This document shows positions 1-9,095 of a DNA stretch of 64,000 nucleotides, one piece after another (the stretch's first letter is position 1; every line of letters begins with the position of its first letter). The translations under genes and the position numbers were made by a program. This stretch comes from an uncultured Gammaproteobacteria bacterium (GTDB taxonomy: Bacteria > Patescibacteriota > Patescibacteriia > UBA1558 > 2-01-FULL-52-15): positions 234,982 through 298,981 of the forward strand of contig CAYOCJ010000002.1 in the NCBI GenBank assembly GCA_964402565.1. Direction: 5' to 3'. The notes below the pieces were generated by a model. That model searched no databases. It was not told the DNA's origin and saw only the letters and a program-made list of their open reading frames with translations.

Positions 1-1501
1 CGTGAGCGAGTTCTTTGACTTCTCGCGCGGATTCATCTTGCCGCACCGCAAAGGTCTGCAATTGATTTTTTTTGAGCGTTGCGTCAAGTTCGAGTTGCTG
101 CAATTCGGAACTGAGTTTCTGGTGCTCATCAGCGAGCATCCTGTAGTTTGACCACTGCGTTTGATATTCGTCTTTCTTTGTGCCGCGAACGCTCTTCAGG
201 AATTGGCGGAGTTTGACCGTAAAGTTTTTGAACTTGTCTTTCAGGCTTGCGAGATCATCGGCTGTATTCAGTGAGTCAATATGCGCGCTCAATGCTTCAT
301 GTTCGTCATTGATTTGCTGCGCCTCGGCTTCGAGCGATTCCCAGTCGCGCTCCGTCGAATGGCTTGAAAGCTCTTTTTCTGCAGCTGCAATCTTCGCCGC
401 TGCAGCATGCTTTGTATTCTGGAGTTCTTTGATGCGAGCCTCGATATGCGACACTTCCCGCTGCAATGCTTCATGCTCTGCAGCAAGCGACTTCATTTTT
501 CGTTGCAATGATTCCATGCGGTCGCGTAGCATTACTTCACCAGTATTGCCGCTCTTGATAAGACCAAGGTCCTTCTTACCTTCAAGGACGATCTTCTTTT
601 TGGTCAATGCATTGTATTCTTCTTGCTCGTGGAAGAGTTTCGTCTGCAGCGTATTGTAATTTTCACTGCGGCCGGTCGCATGTTCGAATCCTTCCAGCTT
701 TTTCTGAAGTTCGCGCTCCTGGCTGCTCAGGATATCCAGTGAAGCCTGTTCTACGCCCAGCTTTTTTTTCGTTGTATCGAGATCGGTGTTCAGATGGTGC
801 AGTAAGAAGCTATAGTAATTTCCCTGCAGCTCATGCAGCTGGCGCTCTAGGTCTTCCTTGCGTTCCAGGCGCTTTACCTGACGGGACAATGTGCGCAAGC
901 GGGGCTCGATCTCTTGCAAGACGAGCTCAGCCTGATGCATATTCTCTTCAGTTTGCTCAAGCTTATGTATGGCCTGTGATTTTTTTATCTGGTATTGCCT
1001 GACGCCGGTGGCTTCGTCGAAGAAGTCTTTGCGATCCTGTGCTGATATGGTCAATAGCCCATCGATCATTCCCTGGCCTATGACCGAATAGCTTTTCTGC
1101 CCGACCTGGGCTTTTGCCAGGAGCAGCTGTATATCGGTCAGGCGCACATTGTTTCCATTCAGGAGATAGACGCTTTCACCGTTGCGGTCCATCGATCGCT
1201 CAAGGACCACCTGTTCAAAGTCGATGCCGGCTTGGCGGTCTTGATTTTGGAGATAGAGGACAACCTTGGCAAATCCAAGGCGTGCTTTCTTGTCAGAGCC
1301 TGAAAAGATGACATCTTCGCTTTTCTTTCCGCGGAGGAGCTTTAAGCTCTGTTCGCCCAGAACCCAGCGTATCGCATCAGCGACATTCGATTTTCCTGAT
1401 CCATTCGGCCCGACGATGGCAGTCAGCTCTTTATTGAATACGAGCGTGGTCGGATTGGCGAACGATTTGAAGCCTTGTATGTCTATTTTTTCTAAATACA
1501 T
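1..1501 (-). CDS. smc: Chromosome segregation ATPase SMC, N-terminal part (runs off the window's left edge)
   Basis: Manual minus-strand translation from ATG at 1501: MYLEKIDIQGFKSFANPTTLVFNKELTAIVGPNGSGKSNVADAIRW (GFKSF plus Walker A), followed by coiled coil. Absent from the ORF track because there is no stop in the window. Confidence 0.95.
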   Translation of the reverse strand, partial: MYLEKIDIQGFKSFANPTTLVFNKELTAIVGPNGSGKSNVADAIRWVLGEQSLKLLRGKKSEDVIFSGSDKKARLGFAKVVLYLQNQDRQAGIDFEQVVLERSMDRNGESVYLLNGNNVRLTDIQLLLAKAQVGQKSYSVIGQGMIDGLLTISAQDRKDFFDEATGVRQYQIKKSQAIHKLEQTEENMHQAELVLQEIEPRLRTLSRQVKRLERKEDLERQLHELQGNYYSFLLHHLNTDLDTTKKKLGVEQASLDILSSQERELQKKLEGFEHATGRSENYNTLQTKLFHEQEEYNALTKKKIVLEGKKDLGLIKSGNTGEVMLRDRMESLQRKMKSLAAEHEALQREVSHIEARIKELQNTKHAAAAKIAAAEKELSSHSTERDWESLEAEAQQINDEHEALSAHIDSLNTADDLASLKDKFKNFTVKLRQFLKSVRGTKKDEYQTQWSNYRMLADEHQKLSSELQQLELDATLKKNQLQTFAVRQDESAREVKELAH

Positions 1502-1504
1502 GCA

Positions 1505-2197
1505 CTAGTTCCACTTTTTGATAGTCAGGGCTGATGCTGCAGCATTTGTTTCTGCTTCCTGTTTGCTCATGCCATTGCCTTCAGCAATTAATTCCTTGTC
1601 CAGATAGACGCCGACGGTAAAATGCTTATTATGGTCAGGGCCTTCTTGTTTCAGGATCTTGTAGCGGGGAGTGATATTGTGGATCTCCTGAGACTTTTCC
1701 TGGAATTTGCTCTTTGCATCGAGATACAGTTTTTGATCGAGGATGGTCTGGAATTCAGGGATCAGATGTTCGAGAATGAATTTTTTTGTGACCTCAAGGC
1801 CTTGATCGAGGTAGATCGCGCCGATAAGCGCTTCATAGGCGTTTGCCATGATATACGATCGCGCCTTCGGGCTTTGATCACGCGCTTCCCCGCGACTCAT
1901 ATGCATCAGTGGGTACAGGTCCAGATCTTCGGCACGCGAGGACAGCATTTTATAGTTCACCAGGCTTGACCGCCAATTCGTCAGCTCGCCTTCAGGATTT
2001 GAAAAATGCTGATAGAGATATTCAGTAACGACGAGCTCGAGAACCGCATCGCCGAGGAATTCAAGGCGTTCATTGTGATCCAGCGCAAAGCTCTTATGTT
2101 CATTCAGATAGGAACGGTGCACCAGAGCACTGCGCAGAATATCGGTATCGTTGAAATTAATTTTCAGCTTCTGTTCTAACGCTTCCAGTTTGTTCAT
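1505..2197 (-). CDS. rnc: Ribonuclease III
   Basis: NERLEFLGDAVL signature and C-terminal dsRBD (GPDHNKHFTV, SKQEAE). Confidence 0.98.
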   Translation of the reverse strand: MNKLEALEQKLKINFNDTDILRSALVHRSYLNEHKSFALDHNERLEFLGDAVLELVVTEYLYQHFSNPEGELTNWRSSLVNYKMLSSRAEDLDLYPLMHMSRGEARDQSPKARSYIMANAYEALIGAIYLDQGLEVTKKFILEHLIPEFQTILDQKLYLDAKSKFQEKSQEIHNITPRYKILKQEGPDHNKHFTVGVYLDKELIAEGNGMSKQEAETNAAASALTIKKWN

Positions 2198-3056
2198 ATT
2201 CAGTAATATAGTTCAATGCTTTTGCGAACATTTCTTTATTTTGGCTATAGCTCAATATCCCCTCAGCGTCTGTTTTGGTGAACCATTTTGCATCTTTCAG
2301 CTCAGCGACATTCGGAACATGCAGCTGGTCTTTCGATGTTTTGAATAAGAAGTAGTGGACGAGCTTTCTGAATGACGGTTCGCCGGTTTTGTGCACCTTG
2401 AGCTCAGCATTGCCTAGTGGCGCGATCAAATGCAGATCGCTAATGCCGATCTCTTCTGAGATCTCCCGAGCCGCTGCTTTTTCGATGGACTCGGTTGCCT
2501 CAATGCCGCCTTTGGGGAACGTCCATTTATTGTATGCATCAAGGATCAGCGCAAAGTGGGGCGCTCCATCTGACAGCCGATACACCAAGCCGCCTGCGGA
2601 AATCTCTTTTATTCCCTGGCTCTGCGGTGATTGTTTCTCACCGCGGGTAACCATTTCTTTATAGATGCTTCCCAAGACTCCGTTGATGAATTTACCGCTC
2701 GAGGGACCGCCGAATGTTTTAGCAAGCTCAATAGCTTCATTGATAGCAACCTTTGGCGGAATATCGTCAGAGAATTTCAATTCATACACGCCGATACGCA
2801 GCACATTGCGATCTATCGTTGTTATCTGATCCAATGGCCATTCAGGGGCATAGTTGACGATAAGGTCGTCAATTTGGAGCTGATGCTTCAGGATGGCCAG
2901 CACCAGCTTCTTCGAAAAGCCCTCATCGTCAAAATCAGGAGCGAATTCAGCTACGATGCTCTTCAATATCTCCTCGACGTTCTTCTTGCCATTGTAAAAA
3001 TCCCACTCGAAGAGAGTTTGTAAGGTCAAGGTACGTGCTAGATGTCGGTTTGCCAT
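2157..3056 (-). CDS. nusB: Transcription antitermination factor NusB fused to a C-terminal Nudix hydrolase domain
   Basis: NusB motifs RHLAR, IDRNVLRIG, PPKVAINEAIELAKTFG, FINGVL; then Nudix box GGIEATESIEKAAAREISEEIG. Confidence 0.93.
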   Translation of the reverse strand: MANRHLARTLTLQTLFEWDFYNGKKNVEEILKSIVAEFAPDFDDEGFSKKLVLAILKHQLQIDDLIVNYAPEWPLDQITTIDRNVLRIGVYELKFSDDIPPKVAINEAIELAKTFGGPSSGKFINGVLGSIYKEMVTRGEKQSPQSQGIKEISAGGLVYRLSDGAPHFALILDAYNKWTFPKGGIEATESIEKAAAREISEEIGISDLHLIAPLGNAELKVHKTGEPSFRKLVHYFLFKTSKDQLHVPNVAELKDAKWFTKTDAEGILSYSQNKEMFAKALNYITEYEQTGSVRTEAEN

Positions 3057-3069
3057 TGGCTGCTCGCCG

Positions 3070-3270
3070 TTAGGACTTTGGCTTGCGTGTCACTGGTTCC
3101 AAGTCAAGGACTTTGCGTCCCTTGTAGTATCCGCAGAATCCGCATGCCCGGTGGGGAAGGATCTCATGCTTGCATTTCGGACAGCGTAGAATGCGCATAG
3201 CCTTCAACGCGAAATGCGACGCACGCCGTTTGCGCTGGCCCGAGGTTCGTTTTTTGGTAGGTGTACCCAT
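3070..3270 (-). CDS. rpmF: 50S ribosomal protein L32 (Zn-ribbon form)
   Basis: PTKKRTS...RRASH, CPKC...PHRACGFCGYYKGRKV. Confidence 0.97.
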   Translation of the reverse strand: MGTPTKKRTSGQRKRRASHFALKAMRILRCPKCKHEILPHRACGFCGYYKGRKVLDLEPVTRKPKS

Positions 3271-3476
3271 AGGTTAAAGTGCCAGAGGCTAGAGACCCGC
3301 GGTCCATCAATGCGCAAGGGACTTGATAGGCTGTTGGTTTCTCGTCTCTGAATTACTGTTTAATGAAACTTACTATAGAACATTTTTTTTCTTTCATCAA
3401 CCCCATAGAGAAGTGAAAGAGCCATCATCCGATGGTTGTATATAACTAGTGTATAGCGAGTGGAGTATATGTGGGG

Positions 3477-3505
3477 TTGACATTAGGGCTAATAGGTGCT
3501 ATTAT
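3477..3505 (+). promoter_or_regulatory. Sigma70-type promoter with no downstream + strand ORF
   Basis: TTGACA (3477-3482), 17-nt spacer, TATTAT (3500-3505) with TG extended -10. Confidence 0.7.
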
Positions 3506-3511
3506 CCAAAG

Positions 3512-3840
3512 TTACCTGATAGTAGTAAATTAAAAAGTAGCTAATATTAGCGAATAAATACCTGCATCCACGACAAGCATGGGGATTTTTTCTAGTTTTA
3601 CTTGGCTCAGGCTCGGTGAATGCTAGAAAGAATTTTCTTGGGTGCAGATACTTGTTCGCTACGGTTTAGGGGTTTCTGTTTCTCCTTTCCCTCTTAAACC
3701 GTTGGACAATTCTGTTCGCGGGCCGTAGCGAACAGGGTTCGCTCATTGCAAGTTTCTAAACTAAGGACTTCAAGTCCTATGATCGAAAGATCAACAACTG
3801 CGCTTTGGATAAAACCTTAGCGCTTTTTAGTTTAAAAAAA
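3512..3840 (+). ncRNA. Candidate structured non-coding RNA (family not recognised)
   Basis: ORF-free region after a near-consensus promoter. Helices: TTGTTCGCTACGG/CCGTAGCGAACAG, ACGGTTTAGGGG/CCCTCTTAAACCGT, AGGACT/AGTCCT, GATC-GAAA-GATC. Confidence 0.45.
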
Positions 3841-3841
3841 G

Positions 3842-4054
3842 TTATTTGATGATCTCGTTCAGAACGTCTTTTGCATGCCGTTCTGAGCTGATCAAAGGTT
3901 TTTCATCAGCAGCAAAAAATAACTTCATACCCTTTGCAACCGTTGGCGGTAAGAGGTCGCGGGTCACACTTATGGTCTGGCCCAGCTCAGTTTTGAAAAT
4001 GACCGAATCCTCGGTGATATCAGTGACGCTAACTTGAAGGTTTGCGAGCAGCAT
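3842..4054 (-). CDS. Small hypothetical protein
   Basis: 70-aa ORF whose start overlaps the Hsp20 stop at 4054. Confidence 0.7.
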   Translation of the reverse strand: MLLANLQVSVTDITEDSVIFKTELGQTISVTRDLLPPTVAKGMKLFFAADEKPLISSERHAKDVLNEIIK

Positions 4055-4539
4055 TAGTTTTCATCCTTAATTTTTATACCTTTTTTGCTCGTTTTTATTT
4101 TCAGCCTTGGCAATACGATGGTCAGGATGCCGTTCTTGATCGTTGCGTCGATTTTTTTTACATCAACTTCAACCGGTAAAATGATCGATCGCGAGAATGC
4201 ACCCCAGTAGCATTCCTGAAAGAAGTATTCCCGGGCGGAATGAGTTTTTTCCTGCTTTCTGGTTCCGCGTACGGTGAGCATATCATTGGTGATCGAGATG
4301 TCTACGTCTTCTGGTTCGATACCTGCTATGGTCGATTTTACAATGATCGTATCGCCTTCCTGATAGACATCCACTGAAAGCTGACCCTCTTCTGGTTCCT
4401 GGTCTATCCACTCAGGCTGATCCTGGAGGGCTTGCAGTGAATTACTCCTCGCTGAACCTTGTTTTGAAGTTTCGCTTTCTTCACCGCGTAAGAAAGCTTC
4501 TTCGGCATCTTGTTTTTTTTGTTTCTTTTTTCCGAACAT
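4054..4539 (-). CDS. Hsp20/alpha-crystallin small heat-shock protein
   Basis: VDVYQ...IAGIEPEDVDI...ECYWGAFSRSIILP...ATIKNGILTIVLP. Confidence 0.95.
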   Translation of the reverse strand: MFGKKKQKKQDAEEAFLRGEESETSKQGSARSNSLQALQDQPEWIDQEPEEGQLSVDVYQEGDTIIVKSTIAGIEPEDVDISITNDMLTVRGTRKQEKTHSAREYFFQECYWGAFSRSIILPVEVDVKKIDATIKNGILTIVLPRLKIKTSKKGIKIKDEN

Positions 4540-4642
4540 ACTATGAAATTTTTAAATGTTGTCTTTAGTATAGCATGTTTAGAGGATTGAAAGAACTATG
4601 CGCAGAAACATTTGATACAGAGTGTGTTATAATTACTACACT

Positions 4643-5182
4643 ATGATTTTTCACACATTGCAAGATATTGTCAAAGCGAAGAAAATACGTGGATTCTCGC
4701 TCATTGAGTTATTAGTCGTTATTGCAATCATCGGTTTATTGGTTTCGGTCACCGCGCTCGGCATTAACAAGGCAAGACAAAGTGCTCGCTTTGCAGCAAT
4801 GTTCGCCACATTTCATTCCGCACAGGTCACTGCATTAGAGTGTATAGCTGGGCATAACAGCATTGTAAGTACCGTTGATGGTTCGGGGGGCGTCGTGCAT
4901 TATTGTGGAGATGGATATTGGCCCGCTGCTCCAAACAGCATTACGCCAGGCACGGCGATTTGCAGTAGCGTGTATACTGGCATTACACCTGCTCCGAACA
5001 GCCCCTCATGGCCAAATACGTCTCAGGGGTGGACATACGTAGGCGATCAACCCCCCGCGTATTTTGGTTGCCATCAAAATCTAAGTGCGGGGACATTTGA
5101 TTTTACTGTGATAACCAATATTGCAGGATCGTCATGCAGTATTACTTGTACTGAGAAGGGATGTACTTCGAATTCGTGCTAA
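4643..5182 (+). CDS. Type IV pilin/pseudopilin-like protein
   Basis: Prepilin cleavage/methylation motif RG|FSLIELLVVIAIIGLL and Cys-rich C-terminus; start placed at ATG 4643. Confidence 0.88.
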   Translation: MIFHTLQDIVKAKKIRGFSLIELLVVIAIIGLLVSVTALGINKARQSARFAAMFATFHSAQVTALECIAGHNSIVSTVDGSGGVVHYCGDGYWPAAPNSITPGTAICSSVYTGITPAPNSPSWPNTSQGWTYVGDQPPAYFGCHQNLSAGTFDFTVITNIAGSSCSITCTEKGCTSNSC

Positions 5183-5231
5183 AAGGGTTGACCGAGGACA
5201 TTTTTTATTGTATGTTTTGCCGAGTTCTCTT

Positions 5232-5306
5232 GGCCCTATCATCTAATGGTTAGGATATCAGGTTTTCATCCTGGAAATCGGGGTTCGATTCCCCGTAGGG
5301 CTACCA
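5232..5306 (+). tRNA. tRNA-Glu(TTC)
   Basis: GGCCCTA acceptor stem paired with TAGGGCT-A-CCA; anticodon arm TCAGG-TTTTCAT-CCTGG; T-loop GGTTCGATTCC; CCA encoded. Confidence 0.97.
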
Positions 5307-5492
5307 TCAAAACATCATCACCACAGGTGGTGATTTTTTGATGGCGTCGAATTGATGTGTACATACACCTGCCGCCTCGTGGACAGAGATTTTTCGGATC
5401 TACTTATCAGAAAGGTTTGTAAAAGAAAAACCGCCATAACTCATGAAGTTACGGCGGTCGGTCGCGAGGTTTGACGCGGATCAGCGCCTGAC

Positions 5493-5696
5493 TCAATGCT
5501 GAACTGGTTGCTGCCCAGCTGAAGTTTTGTGTACATTCCACAATGCAATGAGCGCGCTCTTATCTCGCTGTATCGCGGCACTTTTCCACCCGCAGGAACA
5601 AATTGCTCGATCGGCCCCATCGCTGTAGTAGAAACCTCCATCTCCGAACGTACAAGGCTGAAGTTCGACCAACTCATGTTTTTGAGGTACGGGCAT
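5493..5696 (-). CDS. Small hypothetical protein (CSCGW, possible Zn-binding)
   Basis: Strong SD AAGGAGG upstream and a TTGACT -35; lies just past tRNA-Glu. Confidence 0.55.
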   Translation of the reverse strand: MPVPQKHELVELQPCTFGDGGFYYSDGADRAICSCGWKSAAIQRDKSALIALWNVHKTSAGQQPVQH

Positions 5697-5853
5697 TGGT
5701 TCCTCCTTTTGCCAACGTTATATCCTTTTAGTGCAAATGATGGTAAAAGTCAATATTTTTTCTTTATTTTTCCTTTTTTGGACTGATGTTTTTTCAAGGG
5801 TAAAAGTGCTATACTTATGATAGCTATACGAATTGACGAAAGGGGGTGAGAGT

Positions 5854-6150
5854 ATGATGGGAGGTTCACATAAGAAGAACCCGATCCACATGATTGCTTT
5901 CGCTTTGATGGCAATTGGTGGCTTAAATTGGTTATTGGTAGCTTTTGGCTGGAATCTCGTCGAAGCTATTTTTAACGAAGGATCAACCGTTTCAATGGTG
6001 ATCTATATCCTCGTTGGTCTCGGAACTATTTATGAGATCGTGATGCATAAAAAGCAGTGCATGTACTGCAGCAGTATGATGGGAGATAAGGGTATGAGCA
6101 CCGGTGGCAGCGCACCAATGGGTTCAAATTCAATGGGTGGCAAAATGTAA
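5854..6150 (+). CDS. DUF378 family small membrane protein
   Basis: IGGLNWLLVAFGWNLVEAIF...IYILVGL pattern; SD-like AAGGGGGTG before ATG 5854. Confidence 0.85.
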   Translation: MMGGSHKKNPIHMIAFALMAIGGLNWLLVAFGWNLVEAIFNEGSTVSMVIYILVGLGTIYEIVMHKKQCMYCSSMMGDKGMSTGGSAPMGSNSMGGKM

Positions 6151-6247
6151 GCCACTTTTTTGATGAACATAAAAATACAGCAACCCTGCAAGGCCATTGG
6201 CCTTGCAGGGTTGCTCCGTTTTCCGCGATCCATGCTACACTATCACT

Positions 6248-6955
6248 ATGCATGAAACGCATCGATATAATACGTCGTGGGAAAAAGTACGGCGAGTATT
6301 CCCCGCAGGCGGTCCGTATACCGTGCTTGACCTGGGGTGTGGGGATGGCAGCTTGGTCAAACCGCTGGTCAATGACCATGATGTACTGGGCCTTGATATA
6401 AACGCAGATGCAATTCGCGAAGCATATGCGCTTGGCGTGCACGCGGTTAAAGGAAGCATCGAAAACGTATTTCCATTTCAGGATCATTCATGTGATGTTG
6501 TTTTGGCTTTAGACATACTTGAGCATGCGGTAGACATGGATTTTATTTTTTCTGAGATCAAGCGCGTACTGAAACCCGACGGCAGTATTATTATTTCTCT
6601 TCCGAATCATTTTGATCTGCGGACTCGTCTCGAGATCTTGTTTGGGAAAGGAATCATCAAATGGTCGCAGCGGGACTATGAGAAGCAGAGCTGGAAGTAT
6701 GCCCATCTTCGATTTTTGACTTTGCCGGAGTGCAAAAAGATGCTGCAGGAATTCGGCCTCTACGCTGATATGTGGCAATTTAATTTCATGTCTCAAGGTT
6801 TATTTCCGACGAAGTTCATTTTGAAAAGCATGCGTCGATGGCTTGTGGCCCAGATGCCGGGCCTTTTTTCGGGGAAATTCGTTGTTCGATGCAAAGTACA
6901 TCCGGTAGATCAGATGGCAACGATCATCATTGACGAAACGCCGAAGGATTTCTAA
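6248..6955 (+). CDS. Class I SAM-dependent methyltransferase
   Basis: VLDLGCGDG motif I, DILEH, EIKRVLKPDG. Confidence 0.9.
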   Translation: MHETHRYNTSWEKVRRVFPAGGPYTVLDLGCGDGSLVKPLVNDHDVLGLDINADAIREAYALGVHAVKGSIENVFPFQDHSCDVVLALDILEHAVDMDFIFSEIKRVLKPDGSIIISLPNHFDLRTRLEILFGKGIIKWSQRDYEKQSWKYAHLRFLTLPECKKMLQEFGLYADMWQFNFMSQGLFPTKFILKSMRRWLVAQMPGLFSGKFVVRCKVHPVDQMATIIIDETPKDF

Positions 6956-6966
6956 TATAGTGCTCT

Positions 6967-7995
6967 ATGACAATTCTTGGAATTGAAACATCATGTGACG
7001 AAACATCCATCGCCTTGCTGAAAGTGTCAGCAGGTACTTTTAAGCTGCAAAAGCATGTCACTGCATCTCAGATCAAGATTCATACTAAATACGGTGGGGT
7101 GGTGCCGGAAATTGCAGCACGGCAGCATTTGGAAGCATTGCAGCCGATGTTGAGTTCGCATATCGGCCGTACGCAGTTTCAGCGCATTGATCAGATTGCG
7201 GTGACCGCAGGCCCGGGCCTTATCACTTCGCTTATGGTCGGCGTTCAGGAGGCAAAGACATTGTCGTATGTGACGGGAAAGCCGCTCGTTGGCATAAACC
7301 ACCTCGAAGCCCACATCTATTCTAATTGGCTGAGCCATCTGGAATTGTTTCAGGATTCAAAAAAATATTTTCCTGCTCTCGTGCTTATCGTATCTGGCGG
7401 CCACACCGAACTTATTATAATGAAAGGACATGGCCAGTATATGTTGTTGGGGCAGACATTAGATGACGCTGCCGGAGAGTCATTTGATAAAGTCGCTAAG
7501 ATCCTGGACCTTGGCTATCCAGGCGGGCCTATTCTCTCTAAACTCGCCGAATATGGTAACCCCAAAGCGATAATGTTCCCGCGGCCGATGAGCACATCGG
7601 CCGGGTATGCAATGAGCTTCTCCGGTTTAAAAACAGCGGTTCTCTATTTTCTGGAAAAGAAAAAACAGGTCTCAAAAAAAGAAATGCCTGATATCGCGGC
7701 CTCATTCCAGGCGGCAGTGATCGATTCGCTCATGGCTAAGGTGCAGCGAGCGCTGAAAGAATATACACCGCGTTCATTGATGCTTGCCGGAGGAGTAGCA
7801 GCGAATAAAGCCCTTCGTTCAAGCTTCATCGCCGAAGGCAAAAAGAATGAGATCCCGGTTTTTGTTCCGGATCTCGAATTTACTGGCGATAATGCAGCTA
7901 TGATCGCGATGACCGGCTACTTCAGACGCAAGAATGCGTCAAAGAACACTTGGCGCACATTGCGGTTCGATCCACAATTACCTTTCGTTAAATGA
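6967..7995 (+). CDS. tsaD: tRNA t6A37 threonylcarbamoyltransferase TsaD
   Basis: LGIETSCDET, GGVVPEIAARQH, NHLEAH, SGGHT, DDAAGESFDK, DNAAMIA. Confidence 0.98.
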   Translation: MTILGIETSCDETSIALLKVSAGTFKLQKHVTASQIKIHTKYGGVVPEIAARQHLEALQPMLSSHIGRTQFQRIDQIAVTAGPGLITSLMVGVQEAKTLSYVTGKPLVGINHLEAHIYSNWLSHLELFQDSKKYFPALVLIVSGGHTELIIMKGHGQYMLLGQTLDDAAGESFDKVAKILDLGYPGGPILSKLAEYGNPKAIMFPRPMSTSAGYAMSFSGLKTAVLYFLEKKKQVSKKEMPDIAASFQAAVIDSLMAKVQRALKEYTPRSLMLAGGVAANKALRSSFIAEGKKNEIPVFVPDLEFTGDNAAMIAMTGYFRRKNASKNTWRTLRFDPQLPFVK

Positions 7996-8483
7996 AAAAA
8001 AAGATAATCACGTACAGTGCTGCAGAAACGAAAAAACTTGGCATTGCTTTGGCTCGATCGCTGAAGCAGGGATGCGTGATCGCACTCATCGGCAACCTGG
8101 GGGCCGGGAAAACGGTTCTGACAAAAGGCATAGCCAAAGGTCTGAAAGTAAACCACGTGATCCAGAGTCCGACCTTTGTATTAATGAAGGTCTATCCCCT
8201 GAAACACAAGACGCTTTCAGCTTTGGTGCATGTCGATTGCTATCGCGTCTCATCTCCGCAGGAACTGCATACGATAGGCTTAGAAGATTACATCCAAGAC
8301 AGCTCTGCAGTCGTTGTCATCGAATGGGCAGACAAGATGCGGTCAGCATTGCCCAAGCAGCGGATGACCATGACTATTGTGTCGCGCAAAGAAAAAGGAA
8401 GAGTGATCACGATTGACGATCGTCGTCCTGGTATTTCCAAAAGTAGTAGACGGCCACATATAATCCCAGGCTCCCGAGGATGA
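7992..8483 (+). CDS. tsaE: t6A biosynthesis ATPase TsaE
   Basis: GNLGAGKT, SPTFVL, HVDCYR, IEWAD; start overlaps the tsaD stop. Confidence 0.96.
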   Translation: MKKKIITYSAAETKKLGIALARSLKQGCVIALIGNLGAGKTVLTKGIAKGLKVNHVIQSPTFVLMKVYPLKHKTLSALVHVDCYRVSSPQELHTIGLEDYIQDSSAVVVIEWADKMRSALPKQRMTMTIVSRKEKGRVITIDDRRPGISKSSRRPHIIPGSRG

Positions 8484-8790
8484 GGTCGCTCATGATATTC
8501 GTCGTGCTTTCGATCTCGAAGAAGCCATGCGGCAAAAAAGTGCCGAGGACTGCGCCCAGGTGCAGGTGCCTGGTATTGAGGTAGCGCAGGAACACTTCAA
8601 AATATTCCCACAATATAAGTATGGTGATGCCAAAACGGGCGTATATCCGCTGCGTAAGCTTGTAGTTAAAGTAACTGTTCACGTAGATAATGATGTATCC
8701 GACAAGAATACCGGTTACAAAATGAACGATGACCCAGTATGAGTCAAAAAAGCTTTGATTATCGACGCCATAGATATAGGAGAGGTCCAT
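8407..8790 (-). CDS. Hypothetical membrane protein (H..., WEYFE, SD motifs)
   Basis: Three hydrophobic segments with HFVTG, LWEYFE, NIMSDL; start reassigned to ATG 8790. Confidence 0.7.
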   Translation of the reverse strand: MDLSYIYGVDNQSFFDSYWVIVHFVTGILVGYIIIYVNSYFNYKLTQRIYARFGITILILWEYFEVFLRYLNTRHLHLGAVLGTFLPHGFFEIESTTNIMSDLILGSLGLYVAVYYFWKYQDDDRQS

Positions 8791-8851
8791 AGCCACAGTG
8801 TAGCGAAAAACCAGCCTTTCGCAACTGCGCGCAAGCCATCCTCTGTATCTG

Positions 8852-9083
8852 TTGCCATAATACTGGCACGATGCTACAGTAGGGATAGGCACATTGTGTG
8901 GATGATCTGCAAGTACTGAGAATCATGTCGCTCGGGAAATGCAGAACGGAAAGAAGCGCTGATAGGCGAAGTAGACTCCGTCGTCCGTGCACGTAACGCA
9001 CGAGAATGAAGTATAATGCGAAGGTGGTACCACCCCTTGACTCGTCGCTCCGGGGTCCTTAACGCGAGAAGCGCGTTTTTTTA
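8852..9083 (+). promoter_or_regulatory. Promoter plus T-box riboswitch leader (probable Val specifier)
   Basis: TTGCCA-17-TACAGT (8852-8880). Antiterminator AAGG-TGGTACC-ACCCC...GGGGT-CCTT (9021-9060). Terminator AACGCG/CGCGTT plus T-run (9061-9082). GAA-GTA at 8968-8973. Confidence 0.8.
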
Positions 9084-9095
9084 TTTATACGAACT

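Noticed and set aside
180-1508. Plus-strand ORFs of 159, 131, 65 and 80 aa
   Set aside because: Antisense shadows of the minus-strand smc frame.
3400-3840. Possible oriC (two TTATCCAAA one-mismatch DnaA-like boxes, AT-rich)
   Set aside because: No perfect DnaA boxes or box cluster and no dnaA/dnaN nearby; the promoter and RNA-like helices fit better.
5232-5800. tRNA-Glu as an integration site for an island
   Set aside because: No integrase and no duplicated tRNA 3' end seen; only one small ORFan follows.
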